DNA of 64,000 nt from Elusimicrobiota bacterium (GCA_041694815.1 JBGFSC010000049.1:1-64000), one strand, 5' to 3'; counted from the first letter of the stretch, positions 8,359-17,318 are shown. Notes: generated by a model from the sequence alone, not told the origin. Made by a program: numbers and translations.

Positions 8359-10485
8359 ATGATCCGGACATCCCTATTTTTAATGGCACTAATCCTCGTT
8401 CTTGCCCCGAGCGCATGGCCAGGGCAGGGAGCTTGGGAAATCCATCTGCTTAGGCATCCCGAACTTCTGGGCGCCTTGTCCATTTCCAAGAACAACATCG
8501 GCTCCCTCGAGCGCGTAATGGAAAAAACCCTGTTCGCGCCGCATCAGATCGCGGACCTGCCGGCCAAGGAGCAGGCCGAGTTCATCCGACAACGAGTCAG
8601 GTTGCGGGCGAGGCAAGTCCTTTCAAGAAACGATGTAGACGCTGCGGAACTCCGCGAGCTATTGGGAGTTTCGACCCTGGTGCCGGACCTAAGATCGCGT
8701 TTGATCGAAAAGAAACTCTCCCTATCGAACGAGCCGCGCTGGGAAGGGGGCGATAAGCAGGACACGGATGCGATCGCGGTAGCAGCTCCGCTCACGAAGC
8801 GGGCTCGGCTCATCGAAACGATGATTTCACTCGATTATCGAAAGGGGGCCTGGGGACAGGAACGGGTCGTGCTAGACAGCATCTCGAACCATCTTCCCGC
8901 TGACAGCGGCGGGACCCGGGCGACGGTGCGACTGCTCCAGGGAGGCCGCTGGTTGGAGCTCCGCGAAGCCGATCCGACGAAGCCGACCGAGCAGATCGCT
9001 TTCGAGGATAACGGCAAGGGATACGATGTGGGCCTACTATCGCTTATGTTTTCAACGAAACAGGAGGAGCGGGCAAGCGTCGGCCAGTTCGGCGAGGGAC
9101 TTAAGATGGTCGCGGCCGCCGCCTTGAGGCTAGGCATCCGTCTCCAGTACCAATCTAAGAATTGGACGGCTACGCCGGAACGGCAGGACGTCCAAGTCGA
9201 CGGGCAATCGATAGCCAAGTTGAATTTCAAGATCGAGGAGGGCGGCCCTCCGATCCAAGGCTCCCGGACCCTCTTTACGAACCCGCCGCAGGCCCTCATC
9301 GACGAGGTGTTCCGTCTCCCTCAAAAGGTGCTCGCCTTCAATCGGGACTACAAGGAGCTTTACCGCAAGTTGGCCATCAGTCTAACGGATTTATTTTTAG
9401 TCGAGGACATTAGCCGTTCCGGTGCCACGAATCGTCCTAAGGCCGTTTTCTCCAGGATACTGGACCTGGGCCGCTCCCAACCAGGCGTCTTCATTAAAGG
9501 GGTCCGGGTTTCCGGCATGCGCGAGAACGCCTTGTTCAGCTATGATTTGGCGACGGAAAAAATATCCCCCGACCGCGCCGTCGTGGATTCGCAAGCCCTG
9601 CTCTCGGAAATCCAGGTGCTGCTCAAGGGAACCGACAATTCGGAGGTGGTTGAAAAAATCCTCCAAACAGCCAAGCTCGATCCTCGTGGGCGCTACTATG
9701 AGTTCTCGGCGATCGGCTGGAACCCGCGAGAGAAATTCAACAACCCAGCCGGTGCCGATCGGATATGGACGGGATCATTGTATGGCGGTTGTGCGGATCG
9801 CCCCAACCCTTCAAGCCCCTGGGGGAAGGCATTCCATCGCCTCTTCGGCGAAAGGGCGGTTCTGGCTTCCACTGATATTTTCGATACCGGAACCAATAAA
9901 GACGCGGCAATCATGGGCTACACGCCGATCGAATTGAATCGAGAGATTCACGAATATTTATCCTGCTTGGGGGTACGGACAGCCGACTCGGTTAACAAGG
10001 AACAGAGGGTGGCATGGGTCCATGAAGACGATCTCAGCGAGCCCGAGAAGGCGATGCTCGCGCGGGCCGCGGAAATCAACCAGGCTCTCGGCATAACGGT
10101 ATCGGTCCCCATTCGCGTATTCGCAGGCATTTTCCTCCCTTCAGGGAGGGAAGTCGACACGAACGATGACATCCATGCCATCAAAGGGTTTGCCCCCACG
10201 GCTGGAGAGGAAAAATATGTCGCGATCCGCCAGACGAATCTAAAGAATTTTTGGGATTTCGCGCGCGTTTACATCCACGAATTAGGCCACTTCATCACGG
10301 GAGCCGACGATTACAGCCGCGCGTTCACCGACTTTTTCGTGAAGGCCCTGGCCGACGGCCTCGCGCCGGCGGAAGCGACGGCGAGAAATCCCGCGCCCCC
10401 GGCCGGATCGATCGAGGCATTTATGTGCAAACTAAGAAGGCTTTTCCAATCCGCCGACAGGGTGCTGCAGGATCACAACTTATAA
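8359..10485 (+). CDS. Signal-peptide protein with GHKL-type ATPase domain and C-terminal HEXXH metallopeptidase-like motif
   Basis: DSISNHLPAD, EDNGKG, GQFGEGLK, GSRT; YIHELGH near the C-terminus. Confidence 0.65.
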   Translation: MIRTSLFLMALILVLAPSAWPGQGAWEIHLLRHPELLGALSISKNNIGSLERVMEKTLFAPHQIADLPAKEQAEFIRQRVRLRARQVLSRNDVDAAELRELLGVSTLVPDLRSRLIEKKLSLSNEPRWEGGDKQDTDAIAVAAPLTKRARLIETMISLDYRKGAWGQERVVLDSISNHLPADSGGTRATVRLLQGGRWLELREADPTKPTEQIAFEDNGKGYDVGLLSLMFSTKQEERASVGQFGEGLKMVAAAALRLGIRLQYQSKNWTATPERQDVQVDGQSIAKLNFKIEEGGPPIQGSRTLFTNPPQALIDEVFRLPQKVLAFNRDYKELYRKLAISLTDLFLVEDISRSGATNRPKAVFSRILDLGRSQPGVFIKGVRVSGMRENALFSYDLATEKISPDRAVVDSQALLSEIQVLLKGTDNSEVVEKILQTAKLDPRGRYYEFSAIGWNPREKFNNPAGADRIWTGSLYGGCADRPNPSSPWGKAFHRLFGERAVLASTDIFDTGTNKDAAIMGYTPIELNREIHEYLSCLGVRTADSVNKEQRVAWVHEDDLSEPEKAMLARAAEINQALGITVSVPIRVFAGIFLPSGREVDTNDDIHAIKGFAPTAGEEKYVAIRQTNLKNFWDFARVYIHELGHFITGADDYSRAFTDFFVKALADGLAPAEATARNPAPPAGSIEAFMCKLRRLFQSADRVLQDHNL

Positions 10486-10753
10486 GAGCGGCGATATTTG
10501 CCACATGAAAAACTCTTTATTCTTACTCGGCCTATGCGGTTGTCTCGCTCGCGGAGAAACACCATCACGGACGACAAGGGAACACACCATGTCTGGGGAA
10601 CGATCTTTCACGAAAACAAAGTCTATTCTTTGAAGCAGTTGGAGGGCCTTTCCCTCTGTTCTTTTTCAATGAAGACGCCTTCTGCCCGCCCGAGTATTGG
10701 GCGAAAGGCTAATTATCTTCATTAATGCTTCGTGAGCTCTCCCGCCTATTTCC

Positions 10754-11080
10754 TTAAATTACTATTGCCGCATAAGCCCCGGAGCTTGCCGCCGATATCA
10801 CGCGAGCGCCGCGCCATGCCTTTGTGTCGTGCGTAGCGCGCCAAAGGTCATAGACCCGCTGAAGGTTCAACCAGAGCTCCGGGGTGGTCTGAAAGGTCTT
10901 CGCTAGACGAAGCGCCATCTCTGGCGTCACGTCACCTCGTTCATTTACGATCTTGGACACGGTCTTGCGCGACACCCCCAAAGCGGTAGCCACCTCGGAA
11001 ACAGAGAGACGCAAGGGCTCCAAATACTGCCTCTTTAGAATTCCACCGGGATGCGCCGGCCGCCTATTCTTAGGAATCAT
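10754..11080 (-). CDS. higA: HigA/VapI-family antitoxin (XRE HTH), no adjacent toxin
   Basis: PAHPGGILKRQYLEP...TPEMALRLAKTFQTTPELWLNLQ. Confidence 0.88.
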   Translation of the reverse strand: MIPKNRRPAHPGGILKRQYLEPLRLSVSEVATALGVSRKTVSKIVNERGDVTPEMALRLAKTFQTTPELWLNLQRVYDLWRATHDTKAWRGARVISAASSGAYAAIVI

Positions 11081-11081
11081 A

Positions 11082-11134
11082 GGAAAAATTGGTGGCGCGT
11101 AGGGGATTTGAACCCCTGATCTCTGCCTTGAGAG
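11082..11134 (-). repeat. att direct repeat (displaced 3' half of tRNA-Glu)
   Basis: ggaaaaattggtggcgcgtaggggatttgaacccctgatctctgccttgagag, identical to 17422-17474 and diverging at the anticodon loop. Confidence 0.93.
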
Positions 11135-11255
11135 TGCGAACCGGCACTTTTTGATTCTCCGACGTAACTTTTATTTTTTCTTTATTTTCGAAGAGAAATC
11201 CGCATGCATACAGCCGCATCCATTGACATGGATTTACGCCCGTTTTCATCCCAAA

Positions 11256-11277
11256 ATGGCAGAAAAATGGCAGAAAT
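11256..11277 (+). repeat. Putative integrase arm-binding sites, left
   Basis: ATGGCAGAAAAATGGCAGAAAT, 21/22 identical to 17319-17340. Confidence 0.6.
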
Positions 11278-11337
11278 TAAATGGCCACGATTTTGAAAAG
11301 ACCAGGCGAATCTTAGAGCTCAACGACCAGAAGGGCA

Positions 11338-12237
11338 CTATGACGGCGCAACAGGCAATGCAAGTCTAGAAGCGAATTTATTAGGGTCTATCCTCCAGGT
11401 GTCGACCTCAGAGATAAAGTATTCCCATAACCGACTACTCCAGTCCTTGAGCCGGTAAAAATGCTTCCTCATGACTTCTTCCGCTGGAAGAAAATCTGAT
11501 TGCTTCTGGAACAGCGTGTCGGTCCACCCTTTCGAGTTCTTTAACACGCCGGCCTTCAAAACCAGGGCTTTCCCCTGCTCGTATCGTATCGCATGGGCCG
11601 TTCGATGAAGCAGATTTCGATACTGCGTGATCTCTCCGTTCCAGCTTCCAAATGTATCGCCCGTTGCCTTTTCGGTACGGGAAGAGATAACCGTCTGAAT
11701 CTTCCCAAAATCCCAGTCCTTGCCACGACGAAGTTTGGCTGTATAACCCGATTCCCTGCAGAAGGCCTCGATCATTAGGCAGGCCATGTCTCGGAGACGA
11801 CCCATGTGAGAATAATACGTGACGAACCTCTCATTCGAGAAATAGGGCTCCAGTGGATGCCCAACGCCTAGGTGAGGCGTTTCAAGTAAGCCGTGACAGA
11901 AGAGGAAGCTCCGAAGAAAGGTGTATTGTGCTTCCGCGAACTGGCGCAACGGCTCAGAACACGCAGCGCGTGGCTGATCCAGCCCGCCTTCAAAATCGCG
12001 GTCAGTAATGTCCCAGATCAACCGTTTCCAAAGCTGTTCATAGGTCGAGAATTCGCGAGTGATGATCTCGAAGGCGTATTTCTCTAGTAGATCGCCACGG
12101 TCTCTGAGGCTTCGCTTTGCAAGCGGTGTGGCCGAGTAGTTTATTAAGGCCGGCGGCCGAGAAATATCCTCGGCCGAACCGCTGGCGATGACCGCGGAAA
12201 GGGATAGATCTCGTAGTCGGATTTCTTTTTCAAGCAT
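11338..12237 (-). CDS. Hypothetical helical protein, possible HEPN-like RNase
   Basis: YRNLLH(RTAH) motif in a helical context; start overlaps the upstream nuclease gene. Confidence 0.45.
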   Translation of the reverse strand: MLEKEIRLRDLSLSAVIASGSAEDISRPPALINYSATPLAKRSLRDRGDLLEKYAFEIITREFSTYEQLWKRLIWDITDRDFEGGLDQPRAACSEPLRQFAEAQYTFLRSFLFCHGLLETPHLGVGHPLEPYFSNERFVTYYSHMGRLRDMACLMIEAFCRESGYTAKLRRGKDWDFGKIQTVISSRTEKATGDTFGSWNGEITQYRNLLHRTAHAIRYEQGKALVLKAGVLKNSKGWTDTLFQKQSDFLPAEEVMRKHFYRLKDWSSRLWEYFISEVDTWRIDPNKFASRLALPVAPS

Positions 12238-13066
12238 CGAGGGTCTTTAGAACCAACCTAAGCTCAATCACTTCGAGCGGACACTCCGGCCAGTTATGTT
12301 CCCAGCAAACAATGACGTCACAATCCTGGGGCTTGTGCCCTTGATCGCGGAAGTGGCTGGAGAGATACTCAAACTCGATACGGACGCGCTCCCACTTGTT
12401 GCCCTGTTTATCCAGCCGACGCTTAGCCTCGCAGTCAGGATATTGTACGCGGACTGCTTCGACTACGAAGCCTAGCTCATGAGCAAGCATCCCAAAGAGG
12501 AACACTACACCCTGCTCGTTGATGGGGGCATGCTGCATTCCGCGAAAATTCAGGATCGGCCCATAAGTGGTTCCGCCGATACTCTGCCACTGCTGTTTAG
12601 AACGTGATGCGACCTTGGCATCTCCGGTTCCATCAACCGATGATGGGGCAGCCAGTTCTGAAACCTGGGGGAGCTGATCAATGAATGGGAAGTCGATCCG
12701 TTTCTTGATCAGCCATTCCCGAAACGCAAGCAGGATATCCTCCCACTTGCCGTATCGCTTCCGCAAAGAGGCAACACTATACTTCGAGAGCTTGTCGAAT
12801 TTCATCCTGGTGCATATGCCCTTAGTTTCAAGGAACACTCGAAGCATCTCTTCAAAGCGCGTGCCATCGTCAATCTTGACGTTCTGCTCGGGCGCGGCGA
12901 CTCCAGCGGCCTTGCAGGCATCTCGCCACCCATCGAAGAGCCGATAGACATGCCATGCCGACACTTCACTAGCCGCAAAAAATTCCGCCCGCGATAGAAT
13001 TCCGCCGCCCTTTTCTTTGGCGACTCGCTGAATTTCGCGGATGACGAGGTCTTTAGTGACTTCCAT
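12230..13066 (-). CDS. Putative PD-(D/E)XK-like nuclease with N-terminal homing-endonuclease-associated helical repeats
   Basis: N-terminal repeats (YRLFDGWRDACKAAG, RKRYGKWEDIL); C-terminal NEQGVVFLF...YPDC...RIEFE...DVIVCWEHNW. Confidence 0.6.
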   Translation of the reverse strand: MEVTKDLVIREIQRVAKEKGGGILSRAEFFAASEVSAWHVYRLFDGWRDACKAAGVAAPEQNVKIDDGTRFEEMLRVFLETKGICTRMKFDKLSKYSVASLRKRYGKWEDILLAFREWLIKKRIDFPFIDQLPQVSELAAPSSVDGTGDAKVASRSKQQWQSIGGTTYGPILNFRGMQHAPINEQGVVFLFGMLAHELGFVVEAVRVQYPDCEAKRRLDKQGNKWERVRIEFEYLSSHFRDQGHKPQDCDVIVCWEHNWPECPLEVIELRLVLKTLDA

Positions 13067-13135
13067 ATGACGAGCTATTTTAGCACTACTCGGTTGCTGA
13101 AAAACGAGCGATTTTTTGAGTTACAATACCTCGCT

Positions 13136-13885
13136 ATGACTTCAAAACCCTGGCCATCCGATAAGGAACTCCAAGCGTTGCCCATCCATACCACGTCCGG
13201 CGAGGCGTTCAAGCACCTCAGCGAACGCCAAAAGAAAAAGGAAGATCCCCGCTCTCTCCTGGCTGAGCCGGCCTTGATCGAGCTCCTAGACGTCATGAGC
13301 GACGGCGCTTTCAAGGTCACGCCGCGCCTGCTCCGGACTTTTTATTCTCCCAAGGTCGGCCTCATCAGGCCGCCGATTCCGAAGGAAAGCCGGCCATGCT
13401 ACCTGTTCCCCGATCACCACGAACAGCTCATGTTGATCCTGACGCTGAGGCAGATATATCGCCTGCCCTTGGCGTCCATTAAGCCCCTGATCGAGCACTT
13501 CCCGGAGGATTCCCGGCACCTCATCATCGACAGGAAGCTGTCCTTCGATGAGCTCATGGACATGGCCCGGATGATCCCCCAAGGGTATAAAGTCGAGGAC
13601 TTTATCCTGGCCAAGACCTGCGACCTGATGACCGAGGACGTGGTCTCCCCGGCCAAGGCGGTGCTGGCTGCGGCTGACCCCGGCGACGGCCTTAAGAGGC
13701 TAGAGGAGGAAGCCATTTTTTCCAGACTCGATGCGATCAAAGCATGGATTTCTTCCGGCCGACGGCAGGAATTCGTGACCCGGGAATCGGCCGAAGCCAT
13801 CCAACACCTGGCTCAAAAACAGCTGGCGGCGCGCAAAGTCGCGCGCAAAGTTCAGGCCCTTAGCACGCGTCTGGCGTCCCAATAG
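13136..13885 (+). CDS. MerR-like HTH protein
   Basis: TPRLLRTFYSPKVGLIRPP...Y...LMLILTLRQIYRLPLASIKPLI resembles the MerR HTH; start chosen 8 nt after TACAAT. Confidence 0.55.
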   Translation: MTSKPWPSDKELQALPIHTTSGEAFKHLSERQKKKEDPRSLLAEPALIELLDVMSDGAFKVTPRLLRTFYSPKVGLIRPPIPKESRPCYLFPDHHEQLMLILTLRQIYRLPLASIKPLIEHFPEDSRHLIIDRKLSFDELMDMARMIPQGYKVEDFILAKTCDLMTEDVVSPAKAVLAAADPGDGLKRLEEEAIFSRLDAIKAWISSGRRQEFVTRESAEAIQHLAQKQLAARKVARKVQALSTRLASQ

Positions 13886-14120
13886 GCCGGAGTTAATTAT
13901 GTCCGGCGACTCATTGCCAACTGCGAAGCTAATACTCTGGAAAAGTGGACATATTTAATTTGACGGTTTACATGAATATTATTTTTACTTGCTGCCCTTT
14001 TTACGCCTGCCTCAAAACAGGCGTGGCCTGTTTTGGACTCCAACCCCGCCCTCGCCACGAATTAAAGAGTTGGGCGATGGCGGGGTTGGAGTCACGGCAG
14101 GCTGTTTGGGCAGAGAGAGC

Positions 14121-14984
14121 ATGGATTTAGGTATGGCAGAGAATAATTCTCTGGAAGAATTGAAGGGAAAGAGGAGAGCTAGGTCGGATACGGGGCGGCT
14201 TCGGCTCAATAATCGGGACTACAAGATAATGTCGGCGCTCGAGGTCTGGGGCGTCTTGGGCCTTGGGCAATTAGCGAGCTTGGTTTTCTATCCGAAGGCC
14301 CTGAACCTGGACTTAATCTTCAATCGGTACGGGCGCAGACTATACGATGGCTACGCTTATAAGCGGGTCTTTCGACTTGAAAAAGCCGGATACATTAAGG
14401 CCTGCGCTCCGGTCCAGAGCCTCTATCGCGAACCGAATAAAGCCTACGTCCTGGCCATTGCCGGCCAGAAAAAATTAGTCGAGGCGGGCCGCTCGGAAGG
14501 CATTCCGGCGCCAAGAAAATGGTCCCCGAGCGCGGTATCCGGCTACCTTTTGCGCAACGCCTATGGATTGCTGCTGGTCCAAATTTCCAACTGCGCGGTG
14601 TCGCCTCGGCACCAATTATTATGGCTCAATCGAGGCCGATACCCCGACCAAGCGAGCCTCCGGATGGGCGTCCCCGACTTCCAAATTGCCGGGGAGAAAA
14701 CACCTATTGACCTGTGGGTAGAGATCGGGCCCAGACGCTCATATAAGCACTCCTCGGGAAATGATTTTCAACAGGGAACGGAAAACGGACGCCCCGCCTT
14801 TCGGCTGTATCCGGGACCACAAGCCGCCCCAGGTTCGGTGAATAGCCATTACGGTCCATCGGTCTTTACAAACATGGTCCCCTATGACTTTGAAGGAGAG
14901 CTTTTGGATCTCCCGTTCAGAAATTCTCAGGACACTGAGCTGACTTTGCGCCAGGCAATCTTTGGCCCCGAGGAATCTTCCTGA
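14121..14984 (+). CDS. Replication-relaxation (Replic_Relax)-like wHTH + PD-(D/E)XK protein
   Basis: RLNNRDYKIM...GQLASLVF...KRVFRLEKAGYI, later PDFQI...WVEIG; upstream of xis; start uncertain (14121 or 14133). Confidence 0.5.
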   Translation: MDLGMAENNSLEELKGKRRARSDTGRLRLNNRDYKIMSALEVWGVLGLGQLASLVFYPKALNLDLIFNRYGRRLYDGYAYKRVFRLEKAGYIKACAPVQSLYREPNKAYVLAIAGQKKLVEAGRSEGIPAPRKWSPSAVSGYLLRNAYGLLLVQISNCAVSPRHQLLWLNRGRYPDQASLRMGVPDFQIAGEKTPIDLWVEIGPRRSYKHSSGNDFQQGTENGRPAFRLYPGPQAAPGSVNSHYGPSVFTNMVPYDFEGELLDLPFRNSQDTELTLRQAIFGPEESS

Positions 14985-14988
14985 TCTG

Positions 14989-15195
14989 ATGGACCGCCTA
15001 ATGACCGTTGACGAGGTCGCCGAGCGGCTGCAGGTGAGGCCGCGGACGATCTATCAATGGGTCCACGAGGGGTATATCCCGGTCATTAAACTCGGCTCGT
15101 TAGTCCGGTTCAGCCAAGCAAGTTTGGCCGAGTGGTTACAGAAACGAGCGGTCCCCGGCCGATCCAGTCGAAGGCTGGAAGTGGACCTTAGTTGA
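14989..15195 (+). CDS. xis: Excisionase-family HTH protein
   Basis: LMTVDEVAERLQVRPRTIYQWVHEGYIPVIKLGSLVRF. Confidence 0.85.
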   Translation: MDRLMTVDEVAERLQVRPRTIYQWVHEGYIPVIKLGSLVRFSQASLAEWLQKRAVPGRSSRRLEVDLS

Positions 15196-15218
15196 GAATG
15201 CCGTAGCGAGGAAAAGAG

Positions 15219-15473
15219 ATGGACAGAATCTATAAGCGGACTGGCATCAAAGGGCCGGTCTGGTACCTGGATTATTTTGCGGACGGCCGGCGGATTCGCA
15301 GGCGATTCGGGCCTTCGCGAGTGGCAGCGGAAGCGGCGCTGGCCAATATCCAGGCTGGACTCGGCCGGGTCGTGGTTTTGACCGTTCCGGAATTTCATTC
15401 ACTTTTAGCCGCAGCCGGCGACAAGGTCGGTCCGCGCCTGCGCAAGCGGCTCGCCGGGCTTAAAGCTGGCTGA
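15219..15473 (+). CDS. Small integrase-derived protein (arm-binding domain, no catalytic residues)
   Basis: 26/50 ungapped identity to the N-terminus of the adjacent integrase; GAGG SD-like sequence upstream. Confidence 0.7.
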   Translation: MDRIYKRTGIKGPVWYLDYFADGRRIRRRFGPSRVAAEAALANIQAGLGRVVVLTVPEFHSLLAAAGDKVGPRLRKRLAGLKAG

Positions 15474-16503
15474 GCAGCGGAATATCCAGCTTCCCGATGG
15501 CCGCGCGGAGATAATCCGGGGCCAAATGGGCGTAGATTTCGGTCGTCTTGATGCTGGAGTGGCCCAGGAGCTTCTGGACCGTGTAGAGATCTACCCCCTT
15601 CATCGCCAGGTAGCTCGCGAAGGTATGGCGCAGGGTATGGATCGAAGCTCCTTTGACCCCGCATTGCCGGCATAGCTTGCGGAAGTCCCGCGACAATATA
15701 TTGCCGTTCAGCGCGCCTCCTTCCCCGGTCGCGAACACGAAAACGTCCCCGTTCTTGTTCCGCTTGAGCTTGTCCAGCAATTGAAGTAGTCGTTCATTTA
15801 GCGGGATGTGCCGGACCTCATAGTCCTTGGGATGCCAGCCTCCCTTGGCCTGGACCGACAGGAGCTTCTTGTCGAAATTGAGATCGTCCCAGGTCAAATG
15901 GATCAGCTCGTCCCTTCGCAGGCCGGTTAGAAGCATCGTCGCGATGATCGCCTTAAGCCGAGGATTGGCTTCGGCCAAGAGCAGTTTGATCTCCTCTGGA
16001 GCCAAGTAACGGACCTGGCGTTTGTGCTCCTTGAGTTTTTTGACAGTTTGAGCAGGGCTCTTGGCCAAGTAACCCCAGGCGACGGCCTTATTGAGCATGG
16101 CCTTGACCGTATTGAGCTCCCGGTTAATGGTCGAAGCCTTGGCCCCCTCTTTCTGCCTGTGGGCCTTATAGGCCTCCATTTGCGGCGTGGTGATGGCCGC
16201 CAGGCGCTCGGCCTTGATCAGCCGCGTGAAATGCTTGAGGGTTTGGACGTCGCGCTCATGGGACTTCGAGGCCTTGTTGGAGCTTGCGTACTCCAGATAC
16301 TCCTGGATGAAATCGGCCAGGTTCTTGTCCTTGGCCTGGAATCCTAGCTCCCCGCGCTCCAGCTTGACCTGGATGTCGGCCAAGGCCAGCTCGGCCATGC
16401 GCTTGTTGCGCCCGACGCGCTTGCGAACCCGCCGGCCGCCGAGGGCGTAGTCAATGTACCAGTAGGTGCCCTTCTTGCCGGTCCAGGAATAAAGGCGGGC
16501 CAT
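15460..16503 (-). CDS. int: Tyrosine recombinase/integrase
   Basis: Catalytic set TGLRRDE, PKDY, HTLRH, LLGH, EIYAH all present. Confidence 0.95.
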   Translation of the reverse strand: MARLYSWTGKKGTYWYIDYALGGRRVRKRVGRNKRMAELALADIQVKLERGELGFQAKDKNLADFIQEYLEYASSNKASKSHERDVQTLKHFTRLIKAERLAAITTPQMEAYKAHRQKEGAKASTINRELNTVKAMLNKAVAWGYLAKSPAQTVKKLKEHKRQVRYLAPEEIKLLLAEANPRLKAIIATMLLTGLRRDELIHLTWDDLNFDKKLLSVQAKGGWHPKDYEVRHIPLNERLLQLLDKLKRNKNGDVFVFATGEGGALNGNILSRDFRKLCRQCGVKGASIHTLRHTFASYLAMKGVDLYTVQKLLGHSSIKTTEIYAHLAPDYLRAAIGKLDIPLLSQL

Positions 16504-16529
16504 AATTCACAAAACGATGGCCAGGATTG

Positions 16530-17105
16530 TCACAGCGCTATAACTCCCGGCTCACGAATATTTACGGCGCGTGGATATTTCTGAGGGAATTCATTGCAGA
16601 CATCCGCCATGCGGCTTTCGGCGGTAATGATCGTGACGCTTTTGAGGCCCTCGCCGAGATTATGGGCGATCCAAACTGCCATCGAGATAATCAGCGCGTC
16701 GTTGCCACTGAGCATTTGCGCTCGTCGCTTGGGCGGTCTCAGAGAATAATCGTCATTGAATATGTCCTCTATGTCGCGAAAATGATCGCGCTTGAGCTCA
16801 AAGGAATGGATGATCCTATCGTTCGTCACGTCCTTGAGCAAGGCACCCATCATGCGCGCATATCCATCACGCGCCTTTTCATCGTGGCCTACAAGTTTTT
16901 CTTCGTAGCACGCCCTGGCAAACGCCTTGCTGCACTCAGCCATGCAAATATTGGGGACCTGAAAAATCAGCCGGCGATGCTCACGCGCCCGTGTCTCGAA
17001 CAGGCGTGTTAAGCGGGACTGAATCAGCGCCATCTCCTGATTTTTGGAAGGCGGAAGGTACCGAAAGACGAGCGCGCTGGAGTCTAGGAGGAGGTACTTA
17101 GTCAC
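16530..17105 (-). CDS. PIN-domain (VapC-like) ribonuclease
   Basis: LLLDSSAL, MAECSKA, SGNDALIISMA, IITAE acidic motifs. Confidence 0.75.
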   Translation of the reverse strand: MTKYLLLDSSALVFRYLPPSKNQEMALIQSRLTRLFETRAREHRRLIFQVPNICMAECSKAFARACYEEKLVGHDEKARDGYARMMGALLKDVTNDRIIHSFELKRDHFRDIEDIFNDDYSLRPPKRRAQMLSGNDALIISMAVWIAHNLGEGLKSVTIITAESRMADVCNEFPQKYPRAVNIREPGVIAL

Positions 17106-17256
17106 GCAACAGCGCGAGGACTTGGTCTACGGTCAGGGTTTTTTCCGCTTTAGGAAGATTCCTGATCCGCTCGAAGTGTCTTTCCCAGTTGGCGGGATAT
17201 CTTCGAACCTTGGCCCTCGGCTGTTGGGAGGCTTTAGTCTTCATTGCTGTCGCCAT
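17098..17256 (-). CDS. Small basic ORF (52 aa), candidate antitoxin of the PIN protein; absent from ORF track
   Basis: MATAMKTKASQQPRAKVRRYPANWERHFERIRNLPKAEKTLTVDQVLALLRD*, 3' end overlaps the PIN GTG; true start may be the second Met. Confidence 0.55.
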   Translation of the reverse strand: MATAMKTKASQQPRAKVRRYPANWERHFERIRNLPKAEKTLTVDQVLALLRD

Positions 17257-17318
17257 TGTATCATTTGCCCTAATCAGCCGCCAGGGCCCAAAGACCCACC
17301 TGGTTGCGCGGCTTCATT

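Noticed and set aside
10498..10725. 75-aa ORF as the missing HigB toxin
   Set aside because: Wrong strand and side relative to higA; no RelE/HigB features
11090..11134. Second tRNA-Glu gene
   Set aside because: Only the 3' half is present; it is the att duplication
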